Assembly (NCBI GenBank): GCA_032718475.1
Contig: JAUCBJ010007851.1
Span: forward strand, 1 to 50,141
Source of the DNA: Nemertoderma westbladi
Taxonomy: Eukaryota > Animalia > Xenacoelomorpha
Direction of reading: 5' to 3'
DNA: 50,141 nucleotides
The notes beneath the pieces were generated by a model that was given only the letters and a program-made list of their open reading frames with translations, was not told the origin of the DNA and ran no database searches. The translations under genes and the position numbers were made by a program. Within the stretch, counting starts at the first letter, position 1; each line of letters starts with the position of its first letter. Positions 9,503 through 21,800 of the stretch are shown here, one piece after another.

Positions 9503-10754
9503 GTGGCTTCGACTAATCCATGAAGACCTCCCCCAACTTGTAAAGCAAAGGTACGGTACTGAGCTCCGCTCACATACTCTTGCCACGATTAAGCAGGAGA
9601 TTAGCCAAGCACTGCCTTCCCTGCTCGATGAACTTCGAGCATCTGCCGATGTCCGCACCTTCCGTACCAATGTTTCCAATAAACCACGATACAACTTGTC
9701 ACGCACATCTTCAAGTATATCCCGTCGAGATCCACCCCGATCCCGAACTCAATTGCCACGACCAAGCAAGGTGTGCCCTTTATGTCAGCAGGCCAACCGG
9801 CCAACCACTGATCACTATTTGAGTGCTTGTCGGTACTTACCTGAACAGGATCGACAGTATTTTGTGCGAACCAGGTGCGTTGATCTATACGACTATGATG
9901 AATACTCCGAGGAAGAAATCGATCAATCAGGTGATCCCATAGGCACTGTACCTACCCCTAATGTTAACCGAGTAGCTGTTATTCGGTCACCATATCTAGA
10001 TGTTATGTATGGACCACGCCACTTACAGCTCTTACTTGATTGTGGTGCAGAGAGTGACTTGATACGTGAGTCATTTGCCCATGAGCTAGGTCTTACTATA
10101 ACACCTAGTAAACGCCAGGTTCCAGCCCTTGCGGATGGTCAATACACTCTGCTTGTGTCTGGGGAAACCCGCTTCTGTCTAAACCGTGGCAAACTAAAGT
10201 TTGACTTCCAGGGACTGGTTATCCCCAACCTGGGGTCACCGATAATTGGTGGAATGCCTTTCCTCAGTACAAATGATGTTGGAATCCGTGCAGCCAACAA
10301 CCAGATTACTTTCAGAGATGGGTCGAGTACATTGTATGGGACTCATCCTCATAATGTAAGACATGCTCGCCACCATGATGCATCCCTCCTCCGTGCCTCT
10401 GCACGATCTGTTGTAGTATGGCCTGGCAATAGCTTGCAATTAGCTCTACCACCAGCTGTCATTGATGAGGATTCTCTGTTGTTAGCACCACACATCCCAA
10501 TAGGTGATCATAATATACTAAAACAACAGTGGTTTTCACCAATTTTGTCCCAGCCTTGTGATGGATATGTTAGTATTATGAATACCACAACTATACCAGT
10601 GTCAATCAAACGACACTCTCATGTGTGCACTGCTACCCCTGTTGGAGTCCTACCTGATTCTGAGTATTCCCCTGTAATACCACATACACCCATCATACGT
10701 TCAGTAACCTCAGCTAAACAGCCAAATATTGTCGCCATTAAACTTGACCCTTGA
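9501..10754 (+). pseudogene. Gypsy gag C-terminus (CCHC knuckle) and aspartic protease
   Basis: The frame is open from 9501 (TWLRLIHEDLPQLVKQRYGTELRS...), in frame with ORF 9696; CPLC..H...C knuckle; LLLDCGAESDLI protease site; IIGGMPFL. Confidence 0.85.
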
Positions 10755-11937
10755 TGGCCATTATCATACGTTATGCTTCAGTTTTCGATGCCCAGTACCC
10801 TGGCTACAATGGAGCAGTTGGACCTTTTGAGGCTGTGGTTAACATGGGCCCCACCCTACAGGACCGCTTCGACGAATTAGAAAACCTTGGTGTCTTCTCC
10901 ACCCCTGAAAGAGCTGGCATCCAAGTTGAATACCTCAGCCTGTCATTTCTTGTCACCAAGCCTAGTGGAGGTACATGTTTAGTAACCGCATTCAATGAGA
11001 TCGCACGTTATGCAAAGCCACAACCTTCCCTTCTACCAGACGTTAATTCCACCCTTCGAGCTGTAGGCAGATACAAATACATTGTAAAAACTGACTTAGT
11101 CAGCGCCTTTTATCAAATTCCCTTAAAACGTGAATCAATGCGATATTGTGGAGTTGTTACTCCTTTCCAAGGAGTACGGGTATACAACCGATGTGCCATG
11201 GGCATGCCGGGGTCTGAGACCGCATTAGAAGAGCTCATGTGCCGAGTTTTTAGTGATATCTTGAAGGAAGGGGTCATTACCAAAATCGCAGATGACATCT
11301 ACTGTGGGGGAGAGTCAGTTGCTGAATTAGCAGTAAACTTCGCTGCCATGCTCGCTGCCCTGGATCGATGTAACCTCCATCTAGCACCTCATAAAACCGT
11401 CATTTGTCCCAACTCTACAACCACACTTGGTTGGCGTTGGACCCAAGGAGCACTCTCTGCATCCCCTCACATAGTTTCAACCCTTGCGACATGTGAAGCA
11501 CCTGACAACATCCGCTCATTACGATCCTTCATAGGCTCCTATAAGGTTCTTTCCAAGGTACTCCCTCGATGTTCTGCACTCATTGCTCCACTTGACGAAC
11601 TCGTTTATGGCCAACCACGTGACCCTGTGGCATGTACTGAATCCCCGTCTGCAGCCTTTCGATGTGCCCAGGCATCATTGAAAAATTGCCGCACCATCAC
11701 CATCCCTCATCCCAGTGACGAACTCTTTATCGTGACTGACGCAGCATGTAGCACTGACGGTCTTGGAGCAGTTTATATGCTCGTCGTGGCTCGCGTCTTC
11801 TTCTGGGTGGGTTTTATTCAGCCAAACTACGAGTCCACCAGTGTATCTGGCTTCCATGTGAGTTAGAGGCACTCGCCATTGCATCCTCTGTTCACCACTT
11901 TGCACCTTACCTGACCCAGTCTTTAACATTATCACAT
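10751..11937 (+). pseudogene. Gypsy reverse transcriptase and RNase H, frameshifted
   Basis: KTDLVSAFYQIPL, AMGMPGS, KIADDIY, LGW, LRSFIG and RNase H FIVTDA; the frame breaks after ~11770. Confidence 0.88.
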
Positions 11938-13731
11938 GTGGTAACGGATAGTAAGCCGTGTGTGGAGGCATATGCCAAGTTGGTTCGTGGAGCCTACTCT
12001 GCTAGCCCTCGTCTCACGACATTCTTGTCTACCCTCAGTCAGCACCATCTCACCGTTGTCCATATTACAGGTTCCCGCAACTTACCTGCCCATTTCCAGA
12101 GCCGAAATGCGCCTACTTGCACTGACCGTTGCTGCCAAATTTGCAACTTTGTTGATGATTTGTCTAATGAACCTGTTGTACGTGCAGTAATGTCGTCTGA
12201 TACCCCAACCGATAGTATTGAGAAACAGAATCCACGACCATTATATACAACTCGTTCTACATGGTTGCTCATGCAACAGGAGTGCACCAACCTCCGCCGT
12301 ACAAAGGCGCACCTGTCACAGGGACGGGTTCCCTGTGAGACGACGAAGAAAGAGACGACAATCCGCGATATTAAGCGCTATTTGGGTTGTGCAACTATTG
12401 CTTCTGATGGCTTACTTGTTGTTCGCCGCTCCGTTGACTTCTCTGCCCCCCGGGAACTCATTATTGTCCCACGTCATGCTTTAGCTGGCCTACTCATGTC
12501 TTTGCACCTTGAGTTAGGACACCCATCTAAGTCACAACTCCGACAGTCAGTAATGCGTTATTTCCACGCCCTTGACATTGACCGTGCCATAGAAGCAACT
12601 ACCACTGGGTGTACCCAATGTACTGCCCTTCAATCGGCCCCTCCTCGTGTTTTGCCACAGACATCTGAGGATCCTCCTGCTGTCATAGGCATCTCTCTCG
12701 CTGGTGACATTATCAAGCGTCACTGCCAATTGATACTACTTGTACGAGAAACTATTTCATCCTATACGACAGCATCTATTATACCTGACGAACGTCACAC
12801 TACAATACGCGATGCTCTCCTTGCTCTATGTGTCGGGTTATGTCCTTTAGCTGCCCCACATACGGTTATTCGGACTGATCCAGCACCAGGATTTAGAGCC
12901 CTTGTAAACGACAATGTACTCACATCCCATAATTTACACATTGAATTAGGGAGACCGAAAAACATCAATAAAAACCCAGTGGCTGAGCATGCCATCCGTG
13001 AGTTAGAAGAAGAACTTGTAAAGCTCCACCCATCTGGTGGACCCTATTCAGCCGTGTCTATCGCCCTAGCTGTATCCCGTCTAAATGCCCGTATCAGGTC
13101 TCCTGGCATATCTGCACGTAAAATGTTCCATCAACGAGACCAATACACTGGTGAGCAACTTCCGATTGTCGACAGCCAGTTAATCGCCAATCAACACCAG
13201 TCACGCTTGGCAAACCACTTGTCCAGTGCACAATCTAAGGTGCCTCGTCCTAAGAAACCAAATCAATCTCCACCAATATCTGTTGGTGACCTTGTATATT
13301 TGTACAGAGGCCCTCCTAACCTACATACTCGCCCACGTTATATCGTGTCTACCGCAGACATGGATTGGCTTAGTGTACGAAAGTTTACTGGTTCTCAATT
13401 ACGGGCACAAGCCTACCGCATGCCACGTACGGAGTGCGTCCTTGTCCCACATCGTGTCCCACACGAACATGCCTATAACCATGCTACACATTCATCCGAT
13501 GATGAGGTTGAACTCAGTCCAGGCATCACTGTAGAGGTTCCACCTTCCAAGTCACCAACCCAGAACATGACCCATGTTGATGAGCCAGTACCAGAACCCA
13601 CAGTGCCCATTCGTAATTATGGTGATCCTCTGTTAATCAGCCCAAGTAAACAGGCAGATCTGCCAAATACACCAGAGGCTGTGACTCGACCCCGGCGACA
13701 GCGTAAACCCCCGGATTATTATGGCTACTAG
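11938..13731 (+). CDS. Gypsy RNase H end and integrase (HHCC + DDE)
   Basis: VTDSKPC; HLELGH...CTQC; AGDII, RTDPAPGF, NPVAEHAIRELE; C-terminal RPRRQRKPPDYY. Confidence 0.88.
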   Translation: MVTDSKPCVEAYAKLVRGAYSASPRLTTFLSTLSQHHLTVVHITGSRNLPAHFQSRNAPTCTDRCCQICNFVDDLSNEPVVRAVMSSDTPTDSIEKQNPRPLYTTRSTWLLMQQECTNLRRTKAHLSQGRVPCETTKKETTIRDIKRYLGCATIASDGLLVVRRSVDFSAPRELIIVPRHALAGLLMSLHLELGHPSKSQLRQSVMRYFHALDIDRAIEATTTGCTQCTALQSAPPRVLPQTSEDPPAVIGISLAGDIIKRHCQLILLVRETISSYTTASIIPDERHTTIRDALLALCVGLCPLAAPHTVIRTDPAPGFRALVNDNVLTSHNLHIELGRPKNINKNPVAEHAIRELEEELVKLHPSGGPYSAVSIALAVSRLNARIRSPGISARKMFHQRDQYTGEQLPIVDSQLIANQHQSRLANHLSSAQSKVPRPKKPNQSPPISVGDLVYLYRGPPNLHTRPRYIVSTADMDWLSVRKFTGSQLRAQAYRMPRTECVLVPHRVPHEHAYNHATHSSDDEVELSPGITVEVPPSKSPTQNMTHVDEPVPEPTVPIRNYGDPLLISPSKQADLPNTPEAVTRPRRQRKPPDYYGY

Positions 13732-13841
13732 GACACTAATGCACCAGCGGTTAATTGTGTACCTGAAGGCCCTTTTGTATCTTTCTAAACTAACACGCGA
13801 AGTATATAACTCTCTGCATGAAGCCGTCCGTATAGTCAACG

Positions 13842-14050
13842 TTTGTTTGTTATATATTGTGTCTCACCTTGGAAACTGAAAGATTGATATAATAGATATA
13901 ATATCCATTTTGTAGAATGCGTATGGTGATACATTTACAGACTGTCGTTTTGTTTGTTATATATTGTGTCTCACCTTGGAAACTGAAAGATTGATATAAT
14001 AGATATAATATCCATTTCGTAGAATGCGTATGGTGATACATTTACAGACT
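13842..14050 (+). repeat. 107-bp tandem duplication in the Gypsy 3' non-coding region
   Basis: tttgtttgttatatattgtg...catttacagact at 13842-13943 and 13949-14050, nearly identical. Confidence 0.93.
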
Positions 14051-14052
14051 AT

Positions 14053-14069
14053 AAAGGGAAAGAAAGAGA
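14053..14069 (+). other. Polypurine tract (plus-strand primer) of the Gypsy element
   Basis: aaagggaaagaaagaga lies immediately before the LTR's TG. Confidence 0.85.
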
Positions 14070-14070
14070 T

Positions 14071-14631
14071 TGCGCCAGACCCCCTATGGGTGTCTAGCAT
14101 GGCCTGTGGATATATGAGGTGAAGGATGAACCGGTCGGTAGTCGGGATGCCTATTCATTCTGGCTTAGAGATAAAGGACTCTGTATCCGACTCCATTCTG
14201 TCCAGCTGTCTGCCTGTCTGCACTTCCCGCAGTACAGCAGTGCCAGTACTCGTCGGGCTGTCAGGTACAGATACCGTACCTCGCGCTGACAGTCTCCCCG
14301 GCAACCCGGCCTATCTACCTGGCCGTGTAGTACCAGTATCTAGCCGGTATCTACCAACCGGTATCGCTACGTATTCATTACCCGCCTACCCGGCCTACCT
14401 ACCTGGCCGGGCGTCCGCCAAATACATTGCCCTACCTATATACTGACGTACCGGTACACTTTACCTGCTTTGTGTTATATATATACATATATATCTATAA
14501 ATTCTTATCGTTGTGTTGTGAACTGATATGCCCTTGCTTGAATCATATATATCAGTATATAGTAAGCCTATGTAACAGAACTATATATATATCGTTTTAT
14601 ACCGCCTCAGATACACTTCCACTCTGGCGCA
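14071..14631 (+). repeat. Gypsy 3' LTR (561 bp)
   Basis: Begins TGCGCCAGA and ends TCTGGCGCA (perfect 9-bp terminal inverted repeat, TG...CA), directly after the PPT. Confidence 0.87.
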
Positions 14632-14671
14632 TAATGACCTTCTACCAGATTTAAATATCACAATCAGCTTA

Positions 14672-17359
14672 CTAATACACCATGACATGACATTTCATTT
14701 CATTTAGGCGAATCTGTAAAAATGCCTTTTCAATGTCTGCAACAACTGCAAATGAACCAGTACGAAATTGCAAAATGCACGAAATAATGTTCGGTGTAAA
14801 ACAGGGACCGCTGTATAAACAATCATTCAAACTAGCACATTTTGGACCAGCTTTTGCAGAACAGTCATAAACTATACGCAATGGAGTTGTAGTTGATTCT
14901 GGTTTAGCTACACCATGGTGTGCTAAATAATGTACTTTATCAGGTAAAATATTATTATCACACGGAACCAGTTCAATAAATTTACGTTGTAATTGGTCTG
15001 TAATAATATTATTGTAAACTGAAAGTAGTTTCGGCGTCTTACGTAATTTAGCCAAGGTACTTGCTAATCTACGTAATGCTAAATTATAGTTTGATGGTAA
15101 TTTCGGATGATTTGGACGCCATGGAAGTCCTACACAATATCTACCATCAACGAATTGTAAAGATTTAATAAAGTTTGTATGCACATACTCATCTACAGGA
15201 CGATTGATATTTTCTGTACTTATACCGATACTGTCTAAATCCCACAATCTACTTAACATGTTATCTAGTTTGGTTTCACTATCATTATCTACATTATAAT
15301 TTGCACCAATGGAAATTAAACACATAGTGGTTGTGTTTACTGTAGTGCTAGTATTCACACTAGAATATGGAATTCTACCTGCGATGACGTCACCTAGCAC
15401 AGATGGTACGCAATATAAACCACTAGATAATTGCTGTGCGGGTACAAATTCAAAATAATAATCAATGCCAATAATAATCCCGATATCTCTTAAATCATCA
15501 CCAATAATTGGATCGGCCAATAGTAATCCTTTAATATCTGCCCCTTTCAAACTACGTGTGCGACCAGGTATAAAAAAGCGCGGAGGTAATCTATCTACTA
15601 TAAGCGCACGGACTTCTATATCTCCTACCTTTGTGGATACTACAAATTGCACAATATCATACCATTCTAATTTACCGTCAGTATTAATGCCATCAATACC
15701 AGTACATTTTTTACCCACTATAGGTAGTTTGAGCAACGCAGCTAAATCTCTTTTAATTAGACTACGTTGGGAGCCTGTATCTAATAAACTTCTATGTTTA
15801 CTAGTAGTTTTATTTTCACATATTATAGGCATATATGCTGTTGGTATAAGAGAAGCATATTTATCGTCATTAGTTATTACACTTGTCTTATTAGTAGCTA
15901 CAGTAGAAGATACAACTTGTGGATCAGAATCTGAATTAACAGTTTCGTTTGATGTCGCAACATTACACGTAGAATTTTGTTTGTCACTAGAATGATTTGA
16001 GATACTTTTACCTCGGTTGTAATTGCTGGAAGTATTACCTTTAGAATGGTGATCAAAGTTACTACTTTTAGTACTTTGATCTAAATGTAATAACGTGTGA
16101 TGTTTTTTGCGACATACACCACATACACCAGAACTAGGACAAATCTCACCATGTGCATGTTTACGAAAACAATTTCTGCACAAATGTAATTGTTTAGTAC
16201 GCATAAACTTATCATAGGGCAAAATGTATTTATCACAATTACGCACTACATGATTACCTTGACATAAGTAACACTTAAAGGCCGGGTTTCTGTTGCTCAC
16301 ACTTTGAGCTACGGGTAGTGATGTTGCAGTGCCACCGTGACGCAGCAACACTTTACTATTAGAGCAGATTATCTCGTCATCAGAATCTGCGTTGGCGCGT
16401 AACTGTTCAATTTCTTTCTGCAAGGCAGCGCGCAATGAATCCAGCTGCCAATATGTGCAATTGGCAGCTCTGTTAATGTTGTTCCGCACATCAGCAGGTA
16501 GCTTACGCATTAACAATGCGGCGTAAACGTAGCCGGCCGCGTCGACGTCAGCGCCCAAATTCTTTAGAGCCCGTAAATGCGACTCGTACGAAGCCCGAAA
16601 GGTTGATAAACCTTGAACAGTTCCTACAGATTCATCCATGTCGAAAAACGCATGTAACCGAGCCTGTACCAGTAACTCAGTATTCCCGTAAGTTTCAATT
16701 AATAGTTTGACAGCATCTGCATAATCAGAGTCTGTTCGATGAAAACCGCCTAATAATTCGGACGCTTGGTCACTAAGACAACCGGTTAGGTAATTAAATT
16801 TCGTGGCATTACCAAGATCAGTTCGATCGTGAACAGCGTCACGAAAACGATCCCAGAATTCGGACCACTCTAACACCTTACCTGAAAAATGTGGCAAGTT
16901 GAGGTTGGGTAGTTTATACTGTTTCGTTGGAGTTGGATGATACCCGCCATGGCTGTTGTTTGGGTTTGTAAACATGGCACCATGCTGGCCATAACCACCA
17001 ACGTCATCAATAACGGAAGATGTATTCGTAGCCCCTCCAGCAACCAGTTGTGCTGTTCGGAGCAGTTTTGCGATGTTTTCGTCATAGCGACTGACTTCAT
17101 CCAGCTCGTTAAATAAGTCATCATCGTCCCCGGTTTCTGTCACGAGGAGCTCGATTTTTTCACTGAATTCTCGAATGTTCTTCATTTGAACCTCCACGGA
17201 ATTGATCTTAGCAAGAATCTCCTCCGTATTTGGATTCTTTGTGAACACCATCTGTCTAGTATCCATGTACAGAAGAACGTTTAATTCACCAGCAATGCGA
17301 GTCACAATAGACCTGTGCCCCCCACGCCGCCGCTTTAATTGCGTTAATGAATCTGACAT
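14672..17359 (-). CDS. BEL/Pao gag-pol, truncated inside RT (homology ends near 14698)
   Basis: KLPNLNLPHFSG..W..FWDRF (DUF1759-like gag), three Cys/His knuckles, LLDTGSQRSLI protease, YCVGLPWR, HYLAHHGV, LRIVYDCSAK, SLNDCLYSGP, ADIEKAFLQI. Confidence 0.93.
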   Translation of the reverse strand: MSDSLTQLKRRRGGHRSIVTRIAGELNVLLYMDTRQMVFTKNPNTEEILAKINSVEVQMKNIREFSEKIELLVTETGDDDDLFNELDEVSRYDENIAKLLRTAQLVAGGATNTSSVIDDVGGYGQHGAMFTNPNNSHGGYHPTPTKQYKLPNLNLPHFSGKVLEWSEFWDRFRDAVHDRTDLGNATKFNYLTGCLSDQASELLGGFHRTDSDYADAVKLLIETYGNTELLVQARLHAFFDMDESVGTVQGLSTFRASYESHLRALKNLGADVDAAGYVYAALLMRKLPADVRNNINRAANCTYWQLDSLRAALQKEIEQLRANADSDDEIICSNSKVLLRHGGTATSLPVAQSVSNRNPAFKCYLCQGNHVVRNCDKYILPYDKFMRTKQLHLCRNCFRKHAHGEICPSSGVCGVCRKKHHTLLHLDQSTKSSNFDHHSKGNTSSNYNRGKSISNHSSDKQNSTCNVATSNETVNSDSDPQVVSSTVATNKTSVITNDDKYASLIPTAYMPIICENKTTSKHRSLLDTGSQRSLIKRDLAALLKLPIVGKKCTGIDGINTDGKLEWYDIVQFVVSTKVGDIEVRALIVDRLPPRFFIPGRTRSLKGADIKGLLLADPIIGDDLRDIGIIIGIDYYFEFVPAQQLSSGLYCVPSVLGDVIAGRIPYSSVNTSTTVNTTTMCLISIGANYNVDNDSETKLDNMLSRLWDLDSIGISTENINRPVDEYVHTNFIKSLQFVDGRYCVGLPWRPNHPKLPSNYNLALRRLASTLAKLRKTPKLLSVYNNIITDQLQRKFIELVPCDNNILPDKVHYLAHHGVAKPESTTTPLRIVYDCSAKAGPKCASLNDCLYSGPCFTPNIISCILQFRTGSFAVVADIEKAFLQIRLNEMKCHVMVY

Positions 17360-17411
17360 AATAATTATTATACAGTACAGTTTATTTTAAGTTAAATTGG
17401 CCATTTAATTA

Positions 17412-17424
17412 GGTCCAGGCACCA
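17412..17424 (-). other. Primer-binding site of the BEL/Pao element (tRNA-His-like)
   Basis: The minus strand reads ...cccttACA ttt TGGTGCCTGGACC. TGG complements the tRNA CCA end; TGGTGCC is a common BEL PBS start. Confidence 0.75.
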
Positions 17425-17427
17425 AAA

Positions 17428-18213
17428 TGTAAGGGAAATACCCAAACATGAAACAGTACGACACTGTCAAGTATAATAAAACGTAAAAGGTCTCATAAAC
17501 TAATAACTGTATAATATAATAAGATAGAACTGACAGGAATATAATATAACAGTATAGAACCACACAGTAAGGGACGCATCAGCTGGATAGCCCAATCACC
17601 ATGATAGTCACTATGAATATAATCAACTTACAATGAATAAACTAATAACTACTATATATGGATAATATATGACCTATCTATACACGAATATATTTCGTAC
17701 AGGGTATAAACCTAATGACAAAAATAAATTAAACACAGTTAGAAAGAATAACAACCAGTTGCCTGCGCAAGGGCGCCATGCTAATCTTAGCCAAGAGGCC
17801 CTACGAGAGGAAGGCTGAGCCCCCCCTCAAACCCCAGACCAATCGCGTGAGGGGTTTTGTGTCGCCGAGCAACGACTGTAAATACCTATGAAACGGTACA
17901 ATTCTGATGTATTTCCAACTATAATATGCTTTTCCATCATTTTTAACCCGTTTCAGTGTTTTTCCTGATGTTTTAGGCCCATATAGTTATTTTTGACGAA
18001 CATTACTCATATCGCAGCCTTATTAGAGGTATGGAATAAAATAAACAATAAAAATACAGTATATATAATTTCTAAGCATATTATTGATGCGAATTCATTT
18101 AATTCGGATAATTAATTTTCTTTTTATAACATTAATTCATTATATAACATTCTGGTACGTATTATAGCAACCGTAACGCATAATACTATTTACAAACAAG
18201 GGATTCCCTTACG
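17428..18213 (-). repeat. BEL/Pao 5' LTR (~786 bp)
   Basis: Plus-strand tgtaagggaa at 17428 and ttcccttacg at 18204-18213 form a terminal inverted repeat with one terminal mismatch; adjacent to the PBS. The distal end is less certain. Confidence 0.68.
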
Positions 18214-18878
18214 CCTTTTACTACAGCCAATAGGAAGCCGCTTCCATTACAGAATTCAGTAAAATGGAATCCTCTTGATTTAGCTAAATATAGACGGCCA
18301 ATCACAACCCACTTCGGGCCCTGGAGAAGGCATCCAGCCTTGTTGCTGCTATGAAATGAACAACCCCCCCCCCCCCCCCCCCCCCTTCAATTGAATTCAA
18401 CTACATTTAACGACATTTAATTCCTCTTACCTGACTGCTACTTTTAAGAAATATTAATTGTTTTGCGCCTTTCAATGGGCTGCTTTCTTTCGTTTTTTTT
18501 CTGGAGGAAAGATTTATTTCAGGAAGATATTCAATTATACTTCAGGGCTCCGCTATTCTTTATGTGCGTCAGTAGCGAGTAGGAAACCTTTCTGTTGTTT
18601 CGAGTTTTATTAGGTTGCAGTTTTCTTTGTTATTTCAAATAAAAAATAAAACAACAACGTATTTATACTCCTCGATTATGAGGGAAAATGAAAATAAATA
18701 AATGTAATAATTATAATATTCACATTTATAATTCCAATGAACCTCATAGAATGTATTATGATATGTATAAATCACACAACAATTAAACACATTATAATCT
18801 CAAATTATGGGGAGTTTATAAATATATTACTAAGATATTTTTAATTAATATCGTTCATATTATTATAATTCTTTGTCA

Positions 18879-21800
18879 ACTAGTTTACCAGGTTCCATAT
18901 TGTTACGTGGTCCCACGCCACTAGTTTACCAGGTTCCATATTGTTACGTCGTCCCACGCCACTAGTTTACCAGGTTCCATATTGTTACGTCGACCCACGC
19001 CACTAGTTTACCAGGTTCCATATTGTTACGTCGTCCCACGCCACTAGTTTACCAGGTTCCATATTGTTACGTAAACCCACGCCACTAGTTTACCAGGTTC
19101 CATATTGTTACGTAAACCCACGCCACTAGTTTACCAGGTTCCATATTGTTACGTAGACCCACGCCACTAGTTTACCAGGTTCCATATTGTTACGTAAACC
19201 CACGCCACTAGTTTACCAGGTTCCATATTGTTACGTAGACCCACGCCACTAGTTTACCAGGTTCCATATTGTTACGTAAACCCACGCCACTAGTTTACCA
19301 GGTTCCATATTGTTACGTAAACCCACGCCACTAGTTTACCAGGTTCCATATTGTTACGTAAACCCACGCCACTAGTTTACCAGGTTCCATATTGTTACGT
19401 AAACCCACGCCACTAGTTTACCAGGTTCCATATTGTTACGTAAACCCACGCCACTAGTTTACCAGGTTCCATATTGTTACGTAAACCCACGCCACTAGTT
19501 TACCAGGTTCCATATTGTTACGTCGTCCCACGCCACTAGTTTACCAGGTTCCATATTGTTACGTAAACCCACGCCACTAGTTTACCAGGTTCCATATTGT
19601 TACGTAAACCCACGCCACTAGTTTACCAGGTTCCATATTGTTACGTAAACCCACGCCACTAGTTTACCAGGTTCCATATTGTTACGTAAACCCACGCCAC
19701 TAGTTTACCAGGTTCCATATTGTTACGTAAACCCACGCCACTAGTTTACCAGGTTCCATATTGTTACGTAAACCCACGCCACTAGTTTACCAGGTTCCAT
19801 ATTGTTACGTAAACCCACGCCACTAGTTTACCAGGTTCCATACTGTTACGTAAACCCACGCCACTAGTTTACCAGGTTCCATATTGTTACGTCGACCCAC
19901 GCCACTAGTTTACCAGGTTCCATATTGTTACGTCGTCCCACGCCACTAGTTTACCAGGTTCCATATTGTTACGTAAACCCACGCCACTAGTTTACCAGGT
20001 TCCATATTGTTACGTAAACCCACGCCACTAGTTTACCAGGTTCCATATTGTTACGTAGACCCACGCCACTAGTTTACCAGGTTCCATATTGTTACGTCGA
20101 CCCACGCCACTAGTTTACCAGGTTCCATATTGTTACGTAAACCCACGCCACTAGTTTACCAGGTTCCATATTGTTACGTAAACCCACGCCACTAGTTTAC
20201 CAGGTTCCATATTGTTACGTCGACCCACGCCACTAGTTTACCAGGTTCCATATTGTTACGTAAACCCACGCCACTAGTTTACCAGGTTCCATATTGTTAC
20301 GTAAACCCACGCCACTAGTTTACCAGGTTCCATATTGTTACGTAGACCCACGCCACTAGTTTACCAGGTTCCATATTGTTACGTCGTCCCACGCCACTAG
20401 TTTACCAGGTTCCATATTGTTACGTAAACCCACGCCACTAGTTTACCAGGTTCCATATTGTTACGTAGACCCACGCCACTAGTTTACCAGGTTCCATATT
20501 GTTACGTAAACCCACGCCACTAGTTTACCAGGTTCCATATTGTTACGTAAACCCACGCCACTAGTTTACCAGGTTCCATATTGTTACGTCGACCCACGCC
20601 ACTAGTTTACCAGGTTCCATATTGTTACGTCGACCCACGCCACTAGTTTACCAGGTTCCATATTGTTACGTAAACCCACGCCACTAGTTTACCAGGTTCC
20701 ATATTGTTACGTAGACCCACGCCACTAGTTTACCAGGTTCCATATTATTACGTCGACCCACGCCACTAGTTTACCTGGTTCCATATTGTTACGTCGACCC
20801 ACGCCACTAGTTTACCAGGTTCCATATTGTTACGTCGTCCCACGCCACTAGTTTACCAGGTTCCATATTGTTACGTAAACCCACGCCACTAGTTTACCAG
20901 GTTCCATATTGTTACGTAAACCCACGCCACTAGTTTACCAGGTTCCATATTGTTACGTAGACCCACGCCACTAGTTTACCAGGTTCCATATTGTTACGTC
21001 GACCCACGCCACTAGTTTACCAGGTTCCATATTGTTACGTAAACCCACGCCACTAGTTTACCAGGTTCCATATTGTTACGTAAACCCACGCCACTAGTTT
21101 ACCAGGTTCCATATTGTTACGTCGACCCACGCCACTAGTTTACCAGGTTCCATATTGTTACGTAAACCCACGCCACTAGTTTACCAGGTTCCATATTGTT
21201 ACGTAAACCCACGCCACTAGTTTACCAGGTTCCATATTGTTACGTAGACCCACGCCACTAGTTTACCAGGTTCCATATTGTTACGTCGTCCCACGCCACT
21301 AGTTTACCAGGTTCCATATTGTTACGTAGACCCACGCCACTAGTTTACCAGGTTCCATATTGTTACGTAGACCCACGCCACTAGTTTACCAGGTTCCATA
21401 TTGTTACGTAGACCCACGCCACTAGTTTACCAGGTTCCATATTGTTACGTAGACCCACGCCACTAGTTTACCAGGTTCCATATTGTTACGTAGACCCACG
21501 CCACTAGTTTACCAGGTTCCATATTGTTACGTAGACCCACGCCACTAGTTTACCAGGTTCCATATTGTTACGTAGACCCACGCCACTAGTTTACCAGGTT
21601 CCATATTGTTACGTAGACCCACGCCACTAGTTTACCAGGTTCCATATTGTTACGTCGACCCACGCCACTAGTTTACCAGGTTCCATACTGTTACGTAGAC
21701 CCACGCCACTAGTTTACCAGGTTCCATATTGTTACGTAGACCCACGCCACTAGTTTACCAGGTTCCATATTGTTACGTAGACCCACGCCACTAGTTTACC

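Larger units (their letters stand above)
9501..14631 (+). mobile_element. Gypsy/Ty3 LTR retrotransposon, 5'-truncated and degenerate, with 3' LTR
   Basis: Domain order gag-PR-RT-RNaseH-IN, then PPT and a TG...CA LTR. Confidence 0.9.

Noticed and set aside
9374-9706. Minus-strand ORF with a poly-Ile stretch
   Set aside because: Antisense of Gypsy gag running through the (ATT)n tail.
14126-14654. Short ORFs within 14.1-14.65 kb
   Set aside because: They lie in the Gypsy LTR, are low complexity and show no recognisable domain.
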